From: Sedimenticola sp.
Lineage (GTDB): Bacteria; Pseudomonadota; Gammaproteobacteria; Chromatiales; Chromatiaceae
Reading direction: 5' to 3'
Assembly: GCA_026196475.1 (NCBI GenBank)
Contig: JAPHTA010000014.1
Coordinates: 934-64,933 of the forward strand
Length of the DNA: 64,000 nucleotides
Shown here piece by piece: positions 29,942-38,664 of this stretch (the stretch's first letter is position 1; every line of letters begins with the position of its first letter). Position numbers and translations under genes: made by a program. The notes beneath the pieces are model-generated. The model was not told where the DNA came from. It worked only from the letters and a program-made list of their open reading frames with translations, and ran no database searches.

Positions 29942-30303
29942 TGACAATCTGCCCGCAGATCCGAAGACAGCGCGCCATAATCGAGGGGCTGCATGGTTTG
30001 GAGACGATCACCGATCAGATTGTCAGGCAGGTACTGCAGGCGATGACAAACACACTCGGTATGAAACCGATTGCGGAAACGGTGATCTTCTCTCCGGATC
30101 ATGTCAGTGAATTGCATCATGGCATAGGCGGTTTTCAGGCATGGGCGGAATCCGGTTGTTCACTCTACACCTGGCGTGATTACAGGCTTTTCACTCTGGA
30201 CCTTTACTCGTGCAAACCCTTCGCAGTATCCGATTGTATCCAGAAGCTTGAGGTTATCTTGCTCCCGGAGGCTATTGAGTGGCGTGACATTCGTTCCAGG
30301 TAG
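29941..30303 (+). CDS. Class 1 S-adenosylmethionine decarboxylase-like (SpeH/SpeD fold) pyruvoyl-enzyme homologue, substrate unknown
   Basis: This 120-aa ORF aligns by eye to SpeH. AESGCSLYTWRDYRLFTLDLYSCKP matches [25 protein letters not shown], so the E-S cleavage pair and catalytic Cys are kept. A TAATG overlap joins it to the mfnB stop. Confidence 0.6.
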   Translation: MTICPQIRRQRAIIEGLHGLETITDQIVRQVLQAMTNTLGMKPIAETVIFSPDHVSELHHGIGGFQAWAESGCSLYTWRDYRLFTLDLYSCKPFAVSDCIQKLEVILLPEAIEWRDIRSR

Positions 30304-30369
30304 AAAAAAATGGGCTACGGAGTAGTAACCCTGCGGCCCCAAGCGGAGGTCAGGTAGTCGACGTGTTTT

Positions 30370-30915
30370 CTACGCCGTAATGGGGGCCGGCCAGTCACTG
30401 TACCCATCCCGATGGACCAGCCTGACTTCACCATTCCATAGCCGACGATACCCTTCAAATGCGGAATCCAGAAGATCCGGTCCTGGCATTGTTACCGAAG
30501 CTGATTTTACCAGCAATACACCTTCCGCTCTGACTCCCATCGCAAGCCACAACGCCAGGCTATCAGAAGTCACCCCCCAACTGCGATCAACATCAGGGTC
30601 TTCCGCCGCAGGGAGCCAAATCGCGCTGTGACCGCTGGCAACCATTTTTTTCAGCTGACCCGGTTCGGCGGCTGTTTTCAGGCGTGCTTGAATACCCGCC
30701 ATCAAAAGGCCGTACTGATCCATAGCACAAAGCGCCATACTGTGGGCTGTCGTATCACCAAAATGCCACCGCTGTTGTGCCGCGCGCACCTGATCCGCAA
30801 ACGGCCCGCCTCCGGGGACCAGTATCACGGGATGACCGCCGTTCGCCACTACATTGAGCCAGGCGGCCAGGCTGGGGCTGCCAAACAGACTGCCCCCAAT
30901 CTTAACTACCCACAT
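30370..30915 (-). CDS. mfnE: Amino-acid-kinase-fold protein, probable [5-(aminomethyl)furan-3-yl]methyl phosphate kinase
   Basis: It has the N-terminal kinase motif VVKIGGSLF and VPGGGPFAD. It overlaps the pabB stop by 14 nt and belongs to the mfn gene set. Confidence 0.6.
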   Translation of the reverse strand: MWVVKIGGSLFGSPSLAAWLNVVANGGHPVILVPGGGPFADQVRAAQQRWHFGDTTAHSMALCAMDQYGLLMAGIQARLKTAAEPGQLKKMVASGHSAIWLPAAEDPDVDRSWGVTSDSLALWLAMGVRAEGVLLVKSASVTMPGPDLLDSAFEGYRRLWNGEVRLVHRDGYSDWPAPITA

Positions 30916-32287
30916 GGGACCACCGTCTCTGCTTGATCAAACGCAGCATGGCTGAAGCCTTGTCAAAGGTTTCCTGATATTCCGCATCCGCCTCAGAGGC
31001 ATGTACAATTCCCCCACCTGCCCAACATCGAATCTCGCCCTCGTTATAGACCAGCGTACGTATCGTGATATTGCTGTCCATCCGGCCATCGAAACCTATG
31101 TAGGCAATCGATCCACAATAGAGGCCGCGTCGATCGGGCTCCAGCTCTGCAATGATCTCCATCGCACGTATCTTGGGTGCGCCGGTAATGGATCCTCCGG
31201 GAAAACAGGATCGCATCAGTCCAACCGCATCCTGATTATCCTTGAGTTCCCCCGTTACCGTACTGACCAGGTGATGCACAGTAGCAAAACTCTCGACAGA
31301 GAAGATTTCCGGGACCTTGATTGTTCCAGGCCTGCAGACGTGTCCCAGATCATTGCGCAACAGGTCTACTATCATCAGATTCTCGGATCTGTCTTTGTCG
31401 CTACACGCCAATTCCCGAGCCATGGCGGAATCGCTTTCCGGTGTACTCCCCCGAGGTCGTGTACCTTTAATGGGCCTGGTTTCAACCTGTTTACCCCTGA
31501 GCATCAGGAAGCGCTCCGGTGAAGAGCAGAGAATCTCGGCTTGCGGCGTTTTCAGGTAGGCCGAGTAGGGAGCAGGATTCGTTTTTCTCAGTGCTTTGTA
31601 GGCGCTCCAACCGTCCCCCCTTGCAGACGCGGAAAATCGCTGCGCGATATTCACCTGATAACAGTCACCCTCCTGGATGTAGTGCTTGACTCGCTTGAAA
31701 GCAGCCCTATAGGTGGCCCTGTCCATGTTGCATTTGACCGGGCCGGTAATCTCGAACGGTCGCTCGTCTGGTGGATCGGCAGGGGTGCAGAAGCGTCGGA
31801 TCAGCGACCACCATTTCCCACGGGTACGCGGATCCCTGCCTTGGGTAACCAACCAACTGCGGCGCCGTTCATGATCAACAACAACCGCCCAGTCAAACAA
31901 TCCGATGACCATCTCCGGAAGATGTTCACGATTCCCTGCCTGTTCCGGCAACCGTTCCAAACGCCATGCGAGATCATAGGAGAACCAGCCGATGGCGCCG
32001 CCACAAAACGGTAAGCCAGAACTGTTTTCCGTAACCGCTCCCAACGCATCGCGAAGGAGCTCGAAAGGATCATCCGGACTCAGGCGGATACCCTCATCGC
32101 TGCGTATCTCGGTAATATGCTCCCGCGTAACCAGAGTCAGATAGGGGTCTGCCGCCAGGATGTCATAGCGCCCGACGCTGGTTTTTGGATACCCACTATC
32201 CAGAAACACGGCCCAGGGCATCGCTGCCATGCGCGAGAATAGTTTTGCACTGTCATGCGAATACGGTATTTGTACACTCAGGCACAT
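30902..32287 (-). CDS. pabB: Aminodeoxychorismate synthase component I
   Basis: Chorismate-binding enzyme motifs are present (FPGGSITGAPKIRAMEIIAELE, RGLYCGSIAY). At 461 aa it has the PabB-like N-terminal length. Confidence 0.85.
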   Translation of the reverse strand: MCLSVQIPYSHDSAKLFSRMAAMPWAVFLDSGYPKTSVGRYDILAADPYLTLVTREHITEIRSDEGIRLSPDDPFELLRDALGAVTENSSGLPFCGGAIGWFSYDLAWRLERLPEQAGNREHLPEMVIGLFDWAVVVDHERRRSWLVTQGRDPRTRGKWWSLIRRFCTPADPPDERPFEITGPVKCNMDRATYRAAFKRVKHYIQEGDCYQVNIAQRFSASARGDGWSAYKALRKTNPAPYSAYLKTPQAEILCSSPERFLMLRGKQVETRPIKGTRPRGSTPESDSAMARELACSDKDRSENLMIVDLLRNDLGHVCRPGTIKVPEIFSVESFATVHHLVSTVTGELKDNQDAVGLMRSCFPGGSITGAPKIRAMEIIAELEPDRRGLYCGSIAYIGFDGRMDSNITIRTLVYNEGEIRCWAGGGIVHASEADAEYQETFDKASAMLRLIKQRRWSHVGS

Positions 32288-33312
32288 ACATCACTCCGTC
32301 GCCGATCCAGGTGCAGCAATGCAACTGCCGGAGCACAATTTGCGGCAATTACTCCGTAGTCGGTATTTTCCGCTAGCAGCTTCTCCATATCGATATAGGA
32401 GTGCCCCAGGCGATCTGCCACCCGCTCTACCAGAAAACGGCCCACGCCAGCCCCTATCAACACTGTAGAGGGGTTTGGACTGAGACTTGACAGTCGCTGA
32501 CATGCCAGGGAAAGCATATCCATTTGTCGATCGGCAAAAAAAGCTGCTAACCGGTACCAGTCAATGTCGCTTCCGTCAGCCCTATCGGCACCGATCATTC
32601 GGGCCAAGCGTCTCATGCTCCCGGGGACCGAGTGATCCTTGCCATCTGCCGACGGATAGAGGTCGGCATCTTCTGGCAGTTCGCCCAAAATGCGGTAGAC
32701 ATCGGCAGTCGTCGCGAAATGCTCGCTGGCAAGTGAAACCCATTCTCCTCTGAATGGTACCCTGCGGGTCACAGCCATCAACGGTGTACGCACAACTCCC
32801 GCGTAAATCATTTCACCGTATGAAAGGCGTTCACGATCGGTGAAACCCCTGTTTCGCAGGTGATGTTTCTCGAACGGTAGCAGATCACTCGTGGTACTGC
32901 CGACGTCAATTACTATGCCGGCTGAAACCGCTGAGGCCGCAAAAGAGGCTGTAGCCAACCAGTTTGCCGAGGCGATCTGATCAGCATGCGCACTCGCTTC
33001 CGCTGCCGGCACGAACCCTTTAGGGCCGGCATAAAAGAGCAAGGTATCTGAGGGTAACAGGGTTCGCAACTGACCAACCAGCTCACGAACACCCGACTGC
33101 CGGTCGTTAAACAGGTCAACAAGCTCTGCTGTCATGGTTACTCGGTGTTCACACTGTCCGACCGGAAGCTCTTTCGCAATCTCCCGTATCGCCTGACCCA
33201 ATGACTCCAGACCTTGCCACAAAGGCGTGGCACGAATCTCTACATGACGTAGCACATCATGCCCGTCTTTCCATGCCATTTTCAGGTGGGCCCCGCCTAC
33301 ATCCCAGCCCAT
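32278..33312 (-). CDS. mfnF: Hydantoinase-A-like H4MPT-linked C1 transfer pathway protein, probable methanofuran synthase MfnF
   Basis: It has the ASKHA-fold N-terminus MGWDVGGAHLK and DVGSTTSD. I set the start at the first ATG; the track start is GTG. Confidence 0.65.
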   Translation of the reverse strand: MGWDVGGAHLKMAWKDGHDVLRHVEIRATPLWQGLESLGQAIREIAKELPVGQCEHRVTMTAELVDLFNDRQSGVRELVGQLRTLLPSDTLLFYAGPKGFVPAAEASAHADQIASANWLATASFAASAVSAGIVIDVGSTTSDLLPFEKHHLRNRGFTDRERLSYGEMIYAGVVRTPLMAVTRRVPFRGEWVSLASEHFATTADVYRILGELPEDADLYPSADGKDHSVPGSMRRLARMIGADRADGSDIDWYRLAAFFADRQMDMLSLACQRLSSLSPNPSTVLIGAGVGRFLVERVADRLGHSYIDMEKLLAENTDYGVIAANCAPAVALLHLDRRRSDVCA

Positions 33313-33322
33313 TGTTCCGCGA

Positions 33323-34321
33323 TCAGGCAACACGACCCAACTCCAGGTCGATATGTACACATTCACCGGTGATCAGACCGGTTGGCAGTGCGTCCGGGGA
33401 TTCCGCAAGTTGCATTATCATCTCTGCAAGATTTCTGCCCGTCGACTGGGTTAATCCAACATAGGCAGTAGTTAAGCGGGGATTAATCTCAAGAACAACG
33501 GGCCCCTGGTCGGTAAGAATAAGGTCGACACCGACATAACCCCAAAGACCCGGTATCGCCTCGCAGATTCGTTTCGAAATACCAAGTAATTCTGCCTGGT
33601 GGCTCTGGAGACCGTTGACAACGCAACCCAGCAAGTCAAAGCCGTCATTCATCTGTACTACCTGCTGAATATTGGTTCCGACAAGACAGACACGACAGTG
33701 ACCGACCATGACAGACATGCTTATGGACTGCCCTGCCAGGTAGGGCTGAACCACCCACTCGATCAGCGGATCCCGACTCTCCACGTACGCCTGAAGCGCG
33801 TTGTCATTCGCAATGATGTGGATATCCCGGCATCCAACACCATGATCCGGCTTTACCACCAGCGGCTGGCTGGAAAAAATGGGATGACTTCCATATCGCC
33901 AGGTAGGTATCACTGGTACGCCCTGCATTGCCAGGCAATCGACGGTGGCCTTTTTGCTGGATGCTATCGCTACGGCCTCTGCACTGCTATTCAGTAACAG
34001 TTTTCCTGACGCCTCCACTGAGCGACACAGAGACTCCAGAACACCATGGGTTTCCGGCGCGATGGGTAACACGGCATCCGCTTCTTCCAGGCACAATAAC
34101 CATGCGCTCCACCAATCGTTGTCTACCCAGTGGATACTGCTTGCCAGAGAAAGCGCATCGAGGCGAGCATCCCGACAAATCAACACCTCAATCGATTCAA
34201 GCTGGCTAAAGTCGCTGACGACCGCATCAAGCATCATGTCGCCTTCGGCCTTAAGGCTTGGTATCATCTCCTCGTTGACACAACCACCACCGGTTATGTA
34301 CTCAAATACAAAGATCCGCAT
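33323..34321 (-). CDS. mfnD: ATP-grasp enzyme, probable tyramine/tyrosine-glutamate ligase
   Basis: The N-terminus MRIFVFEYITGGG and an ATP-grasp core (GYVGVDLILTDQGPVVLEINPR) are typical of MfnD-like proteins in C1 clusters. Confidence 0.65.
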   Translation of the reverse strand: MRIFVFEYITGGGCVNEEMIPSLKAEGDMMLDAVVSDFSQLESIEVLICRDARLDALSLASSIHWVDNDWWSAWLLCLEEADAVLPIAPETHGVLESLCRSVEASGKLLLNSSAEAVAIASSKKATVDCLAMQGVPVIPTWRYGSHPIFSSQPLVVKPDHGVGCRDIHIIANDNALQAYVESRDPLIEWVVQPYLAGQSISMSVMVGHCRVCLVGTNIQQVVQMNDGFDLLGCVVNGLQSHQAELLGISKRICEAIPGLWGYVGVDLILTDQGPVVLEINPRLTTAYVGLTQSTGRNLAEMIMQLAESPDALPTGLITGECVHIDLELGRVA

Positions 34322-34330
34322 ACAAACTCC

Positions 34331-35014
34331 TTGAATATCATCCCTGTCATAGATCTTTTACGAGGCTGCGTGGTTCACGCCGTTCAAGGACGTCGTGCCG
34401 CATACCGCGCGATCAACTCACCACTATGTCATCATGGGGAAGTCATTCCGTTGGTGACCCGGCTTTGCGATGACTTTGGCATACAACAGCTCTACGTAGC
34501 TGATCTGGACGCCATACAGGGGTATGGCGACAACGTTTCCACCCTGCAACTTGTTGCTCATACCTTTCCCCGCCTCGATCTTTGGATTGACGCGGGATTC
34601 TCCTCGCCTGCATCCCTTCAGGTACTGAAGGAAATGCTCGATTTCCGCCCGGTTATCGGTTCAGAAAGCTGGCGATATCTTCGCCGTTTTCCTTTCGGGG
34701 AGGCCATTCTTTCCATTGATTCCACAGACGAAATCCTGCTCGATCCGTCTGGCATCACTCGTGATAGTGACCGGCGTCCGAATACACTCATTCTGATGAA
34801 TCTCTCGCGTGTCGGGTCGCTACAGGGTCCAGATATGAAAGGGCTTGAGTATTGGCGGTCTGCTGCGCCCGGCACCAATCTGTATATGGCTGGCGGAGTG
34901 CGAAACCGACTTGATATCGAAAAACTGCAGTCAGCAGGTGCCACGGGTGTGTTACTGGCAAGTGCGCTGCATAATGGCGCCTTGAATGCCGGGGATTTCA
35001 GGTGTTTCAGCTGA
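34331..35014 (+). CDS. HisA/HisF-family (beta/alpha)8 barrel protein of H4MPT clusters
   Basis: NIIPVIDLLRGCVVHAVQG is the HisA/HisF N-terminal signature, and GGVRN lies near the C-terminus. I infer the start at the TTG at 34331, because the longer track ORF overlaps the divergent mfnD. Confidence 0.6.
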   Translation: MNIIPVIDLLRGCVVHAVQGRRAAYRAINSPLCHHGEVIPLVTRLCDDFGIQQLYVADLDAIQGYGDNVSTLQLVAHTFPRLDLWIDAGFSSPASLQVLKEMLDFRPVIGSESWRYLRRFPFGEAILSIDSTDEILLDPSGITRDSDRRPNTLILMNLSRVGSLQGPDMKGLEYWRSAAPGTNLYMAGGVRNRLDIEKLQSAGATGVLLASALHNGALNAGDFRCFS

Positions 35015-36233
35015 CCGAACATGCTTTCATCCTTGATTTATCTGCCGGCTGAATCAAACGCTGCCTGAGGTCGGTAACCTGACTTGTGGAACGAAATGGA
35101 TACAACACCGACTCGGCACCCTGTACCTGCAGTTCCGACAGCGACCTTCCCTGATAGTCACACCATGAGTGGGTCGTCTCGTACAGGCGCAATCCACTCA
35201 ATCCAGGCAGGTAGTCAATCAGCCTCTCCCAGATATAGACACACAGCATTTCGGTGCTGGAACGCCAGGCCAACGCTTCCGCTGTGTAATTCAGGTGGTG
35301 ATGGTCAAAGCGATCGATAACTTGCCGGTTCACCACGCGTTTAAGATACCCGTAATCCACCACGCACCCGGTTAACGGATCAATACGCCCGGTTACTTCC
35401 ACCTGTAGAACATACCTCCCCCCATGCAGATTGGAGCATTTGGCCGGGTGATCGGTAATAAAATGTGCGGAATCAAATACCAGTTCCTTGGTTACTTTCG
35501 CAGCTGGACCCGTCGCCTGAAATCTCTCCCAGGCCGTAGGCATGTTCATCAGGCGTGCACGCAGTATCTGAAGCAGTTTCTCACCATCTGTGTGCGTCAA
35601 CGTGCGTAATATCAGTGAATCATCGGAATTTGATACATCCAGCACCCGACAACGGATTTGATGGTGACAGGCCAGGTACTCCCTTACTTCATGGGCATAA
35701 CTGGCCTGGTTGAATTCCATAAACAGATAATCCGCATGCCACTCCGCTCGGAAAGCAATATACACGGCCAGGGCATCCAGAAAGGAGGGAGGAGGTTCGG
35801 GCAACGCGCCGACATGAACCAGGTTTCTAAGCGGCGCTCGCAACAGGTTTCTTGCAACCACGCGATGGGTATCCGATCGGTATTCGTACAGCTGGCGGAA
35901 CTGAAAACCATAATCCGCCAGACGATCAAGTGTCCACAACAGCAGGTCAAGGCGCCGGATTTCACCGGGTACCTCGACGAAACCGGCATTCTCCTGTAAT
36001 AGTCCTGCCCACCGTAGCCCCAGTAGCGCCTGTCGTGCTGCCTCGGTTGGTCTGCTCGTGGAACGGGCGTAGTTTTTCACTTGATCAGGTTGATTAATCT
36101 GATCGCCATGAAGCAGCATGTCCAGCGGCAGGTGGTGACGTATCGCGTATTCCTGAAGCGTCAAGCTGCTACATACCAGCAAATGCTCATTATCCAGTTG
36201 AGATACGCTTTCCCCACATTCCAAACAGTGCAT
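35007..36233 (-). CDS. Two-domain protein: unknown ~250-aa N-terminal domain (CxxC start) fused to a PTPS/QueD-like C-terminal domain
   Basis: The C-terminal FDSAHFITDHPAKCSNLHGGRYVLQVEV aligns to the PTPS motif, but reads HGG where PTPS has HGH. The ATG at 36233 is preceded by AGGAG and lies downstream of the fae terminator hairpin. Confidence 0.65.
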   Translation of the reverse strand: MHCLECGESVSQLDNEHLLVCSSLTLQEYAIRHHLPLDMLLHGDQINQPDQVKNYARSTSRPTEAARQALLGLRWAGLLQENAGFVEVPGEIRRLDLLLWTLDRLADYGFQFRQLYEYRSDTHRVVARNLLRAPLRNLVHVGALPEPPPSFLDALAVYIAFRAEWHADYLFMEFNQASYAHEVREYLACHHQIRCRVLDVSNSDDSLILRTLTHTDGEKLLQILRARLMNMPTAWERFQATGPAAKVTKELVFDSAHFITDHPAKCSNLHGGRYVLQVEVTGRIDPLTGCVVDYGYLKRVVNRQVIDRFDHHHLNYTAEALAWRSSTEMLCVYIWERLIDYLPGLSGLRLYETTHSWCDYQGRSLSELQVQGAESVLYPFRSTSQVTDLRQRLIQPADKSRMKACSVS

Positions 36234-36252
36234 AACCGACTCCTGATCCGGA

Positions 36253-36282
36253 GAAAAAGTGTGGGGTCCTGTGGGACCCCAC
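36253..36282 (-). terminator. Intrinsic terminator/attenuator hairpin after fae
   Basis: On the minus strand the sequence is GTGGGGTCC-CACA-GGACCCCAC (perfect 9-bp GC-rich stem) followed by ACTTTTTCT. It starts 10 nt after the fae stop. Confidence 0.65.
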
Positions 36283-36291
36283 AACGATCAT

Positions 36292-36804
36292 TTAGGCATG
36301 TGCAGCAAACGGGTGTTCGTTGGTGGATTTACCCGCTACCACATCTGCCGGAGTGGGTGTGCCTGCGATAGCTCGCTTGATCGACTGCTTGGTCGCCTCG
36401 TAGTTGTAGTCCTGGATCTTGGCATCGTCGGCCGCCTCCCAGTGAATAAATACCCCGACACAGATGAATACGTCATCCGCTTCATCGGCAGGAATGGTAC
36501 CGTCCTCAAGACAATCGGCAACGGCCATGGCCACACCACGCTGTGCCGGGCCAAACATCTGGACAGCCTGTGTGGCGCCCTTGATGGTCACCTTGTTGAA
36601 CATCATTGTATGGGGCTTGCAGGCCAGGTTTGGCGCCACAACAGCCAGCAACGATGTAAACCCATCCTTGTTGTTGACCAGGCCATTGCAGAACGCCGTC
36701 TCCGCGGCCGAGCCGCGTGGCCCCATAATCAGATCAATGTGGGCCACCTCATTGCCGTCACCGACCAGTGATTCACCTACCAAAGTCTTGTTAATAACTG
36801 CCAT
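36292..36804 (-). CDS. fae: Formaldehyde-activating enzyme
   Basis: [32 protein letters not shown] is the canonical Fae N-terminus, and the 170-aa length fits. Confidence 0.95.
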   Translation of the reverse strand: MAVINKTLVGESLVGDGNEVAHIDLIMGPRGSAAETAFCNGLVNNKDGFTSLLAVVAPNLACKPHTMMFNKVTIKGATQAVQMFGPAQRGVAMAVADCLEDGTIPADEADDVFICVGVFIHWEAADDAKIQDYNYEATKQSIKRAIAGTPTPADVVAGKSTNEHPFAAHA

Positions 36805-37753
36805 AACGGATCTCCTCAGATTGTTGGCTTAGGGTGTTTGCGGTATTTAGGCCTGTATTGGCCTTGTTGTCCGCGGATAGTTCCGGGTAACCCCGGTGAT
36901 GTTGATCGCCTGCTTTTTGCAAACGATGGATCAATACGCCAGCAACACAAAAGTCTGCCGTCGTACCTGGATTTATGCCTTTTTGCTTGAGCAGACGATC
37001 CATTTCGGTCAGCAATCCATGACGAACGTCCTCATCAGCTGCATCGCGATACTGCTGATATACGTTTGCCGCCAACCGGGAGACTCTCATCGCACACTTG
37101 AGTCCATGTTTTCGTCGAATATGGCTGTCGTTATATCGGGTCAGGAGGTACAGGAACAGATCGGTAACAGCGGCCTCTTCATTACCGTATCGATCGACCG
37201 CAGCCGCCAGAAAAGGTAATGCAACGCTCCGCAACTCCCTGAATCCATTCGCATATTGCTGTGCAATCAAATCTCGTCCAGCCGCCACAGCCATCACCTC
37301 CACCAGCGATGTGGTTGCAGCACCCTTCACGTCATTGGAGTCTGATTCACCGAGACCGCCCGGGTTAGCAAGACAGATTGCTGAAAATACCCAATTGGTT
37401 TCATCTATCCCCACCCCGTGCAGAACCTTGATCAGCGCCCTGTCGATACGCTCCCCGGGATAGTCGATGACAGCCTGTAGAATCGGCGCGCAGAGGAGAA
37501 CAATACCCAGGTTGGTATTGCATCCAACCGCCGTCATCGTGGCGTTGACTGCGTCATAGATTCGTTTTCCGAGCACAGCTCCGGGTTTGGCTATCACCTT
37601 TGCGCTGACCTGTGCGCTCTGTATAAACAGTTCGGCATCCATTCCATGGCCCGGCGAGTATCGTGATACATTTCCGGGTTTTAGTGCCGTCACATCCATG
37701 GCACAGGCTGCCAGGTAAGAAGCCTCGAGATATGATGTCGTCACCGGATTCAT
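36791..37753 (-). CDS. Triphosphoribosyl-dephospho-CoA synthase (CitG/MdcB)-like protein of H4MPT clusters
   Basis: It has CitG-family motifs ([36 protein letters not shown]) and overlaps both neighbours. Confidence 0.72.
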   Translation of the reverse strand: MNPVTTSYLEASYLAACAMDVTALKPGNVSRYSPGHGMDAELFIQSAQVSAKVIAKPGAVLGKRIYDAVNATMTAVGCNTNLGIVLLCAPILQAVIDYPGERIDRALIKVLHGVGIDETNWVFSAICLANPGGLGESDSNDVKGAATTSLVEVMAVAAGRDLIAQQYANGFRELRSVALPFLAAAVDRYGNEEAAVTDLFLYLLTRYNDSHIRRKHGLKCAMRVSRLAANVYQQYRDAADEDVRHGLLTEMDRLLKQKGINPGTTADFCVAGVLIHRLQKAGDQHHRGYPELSADNKANTGLNTANTLSQQSEEIRYGSY

Positions 37754-38664
37754 TGCATCGCCTCAGATGCCGGTGGCTTCTTACAACACTTGATCAGCAC
37801 GTCCTCTGCCAGAATGGCGGCAATACTGCGCGCACTAACCCGTTGAAGACCTCGCCAGGCGGGAATGCTGTTTATCTCAATCACCCACCACCTTCCCTGG
37901 GCGTCGCGCATCATGTCCACCCCGGCATAGTCCATACCGACACAGGCAACCGCTTGCTCTGACAGGGTTTTTAACGCCCCCTCCGGTACCGCGGCATGGC
38001 AGGAACCGCCTTGGGCCACATTTGCCAACCAACCGGGGGCACTCCGGCGCATGGCGGCAACGGCCACCCCGGAAACCACCAGCACCCGCCAGTCACTGCA
38101 CTGACTATCCGGCTGCTCAATAAATCTCTGCAGGTACCAAACATTGTGGATGGCATCGGTGTCGGGTAAGTCAAATCGTGTATTGACCAGTACTATCCCC
38201 TTGCCCTGTGATCCGAACAGCGGCTTGCTGATGAGTCGATGCCCGCGCGCTGCCTCCTGTTCGTGGATGGCTTCGGCCATCGAGCGATCGGCGCAGACCC
38301 AGGTAGCCGGTGTAGGAATTCCCGCTTGAGCCAGACATGCGGTAGTAAATGCCTTATCAACTGAACGCTCAATGGCGCGTCCACTGTTGTAGACGGGGAC
38401 ACCCTGTGCCTCCAGAACGTGAAGAATATTCAGGTGGAATACCACCTGTTGCAGGGTGCCACCCGGAATACCGCGAACGAACACCGCATCCGGATGAGCC
38501 GACTCAAAACCGGGTAGAACCACCTTTACCTGCCGGCCTGTCTGAATACACGCCTGTTTCAGCGAACTGAACTGACAGGCTACTCCCCTGGCCGCAAAGG
38601 CTGCCTGAAGCTGCTTTCCGTGCCAGCCGGGATCATCCGTCACCACTGCTATCTTCAGTGTCAT
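37750..38664 (-). CDS. mptN: RimK-type ATP-grasp ligase, probable tetrahydromethanopterin:alpha-L-glutamate ligase
   Basis: The RimK-like architecture is present (KPLFGSQGKGIVLV, YAGVDMMRDAQGRWWVIEINSIPAW). It lies between mch and the citG-like gene. Confidence 0.72.
   Translation of the reverse strand: MTLKIAVVTDDPGWHGKQLQAAFAARGVACQFSSLKQACIQTGRQVKVVLPGFESAHPDAVFVRGIPGGTLQQVVFHLNILHVLEAQGVPVYNSGRAIERSVDKAFTTACLAQAGIPTPATWVCADRSMAEAIHEQEAARGHRLISKPLFGSQGKGIVLVNTRFDLPDTDAIHNVWYLQRFIEQPDSQCSDWRVLVVSGVAVAAMRRSAPGWLANVAQGGSCHAAVPEGALKTLSEQAVACVGMDYAGVDMMRDAQGRWWVIEINSIPAWRGLQRVSARSIAAILAEDVLIKCCKKPPASEAMQ

Noticed and set aside
34130-34330. N-terminal 67-codon extension of the HisA/HisF-like ORF as given in the ORF track.
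   Set aside because: It overlaps the 5' part of the divergent mfnD gene in antisense. The family signature (IIPVIDLL) starts only at 34334, and the extension has no family-like sequence. The TTG at 34331 is the more plausible start.
36837-36854. Weak sigma-54-like motif AGGCCTAAATACCGCAAA (minus strand) 36 nt upstream of fae, inside the citG-like gene.
   Set aside because: The GG-N10-GC spacing is correct, but the flanks match poorly (AGGCCT and CCGCA). It lies within coding sequence. Chance matches of this quality are expected in 64 kb, so it is kept only as a note.
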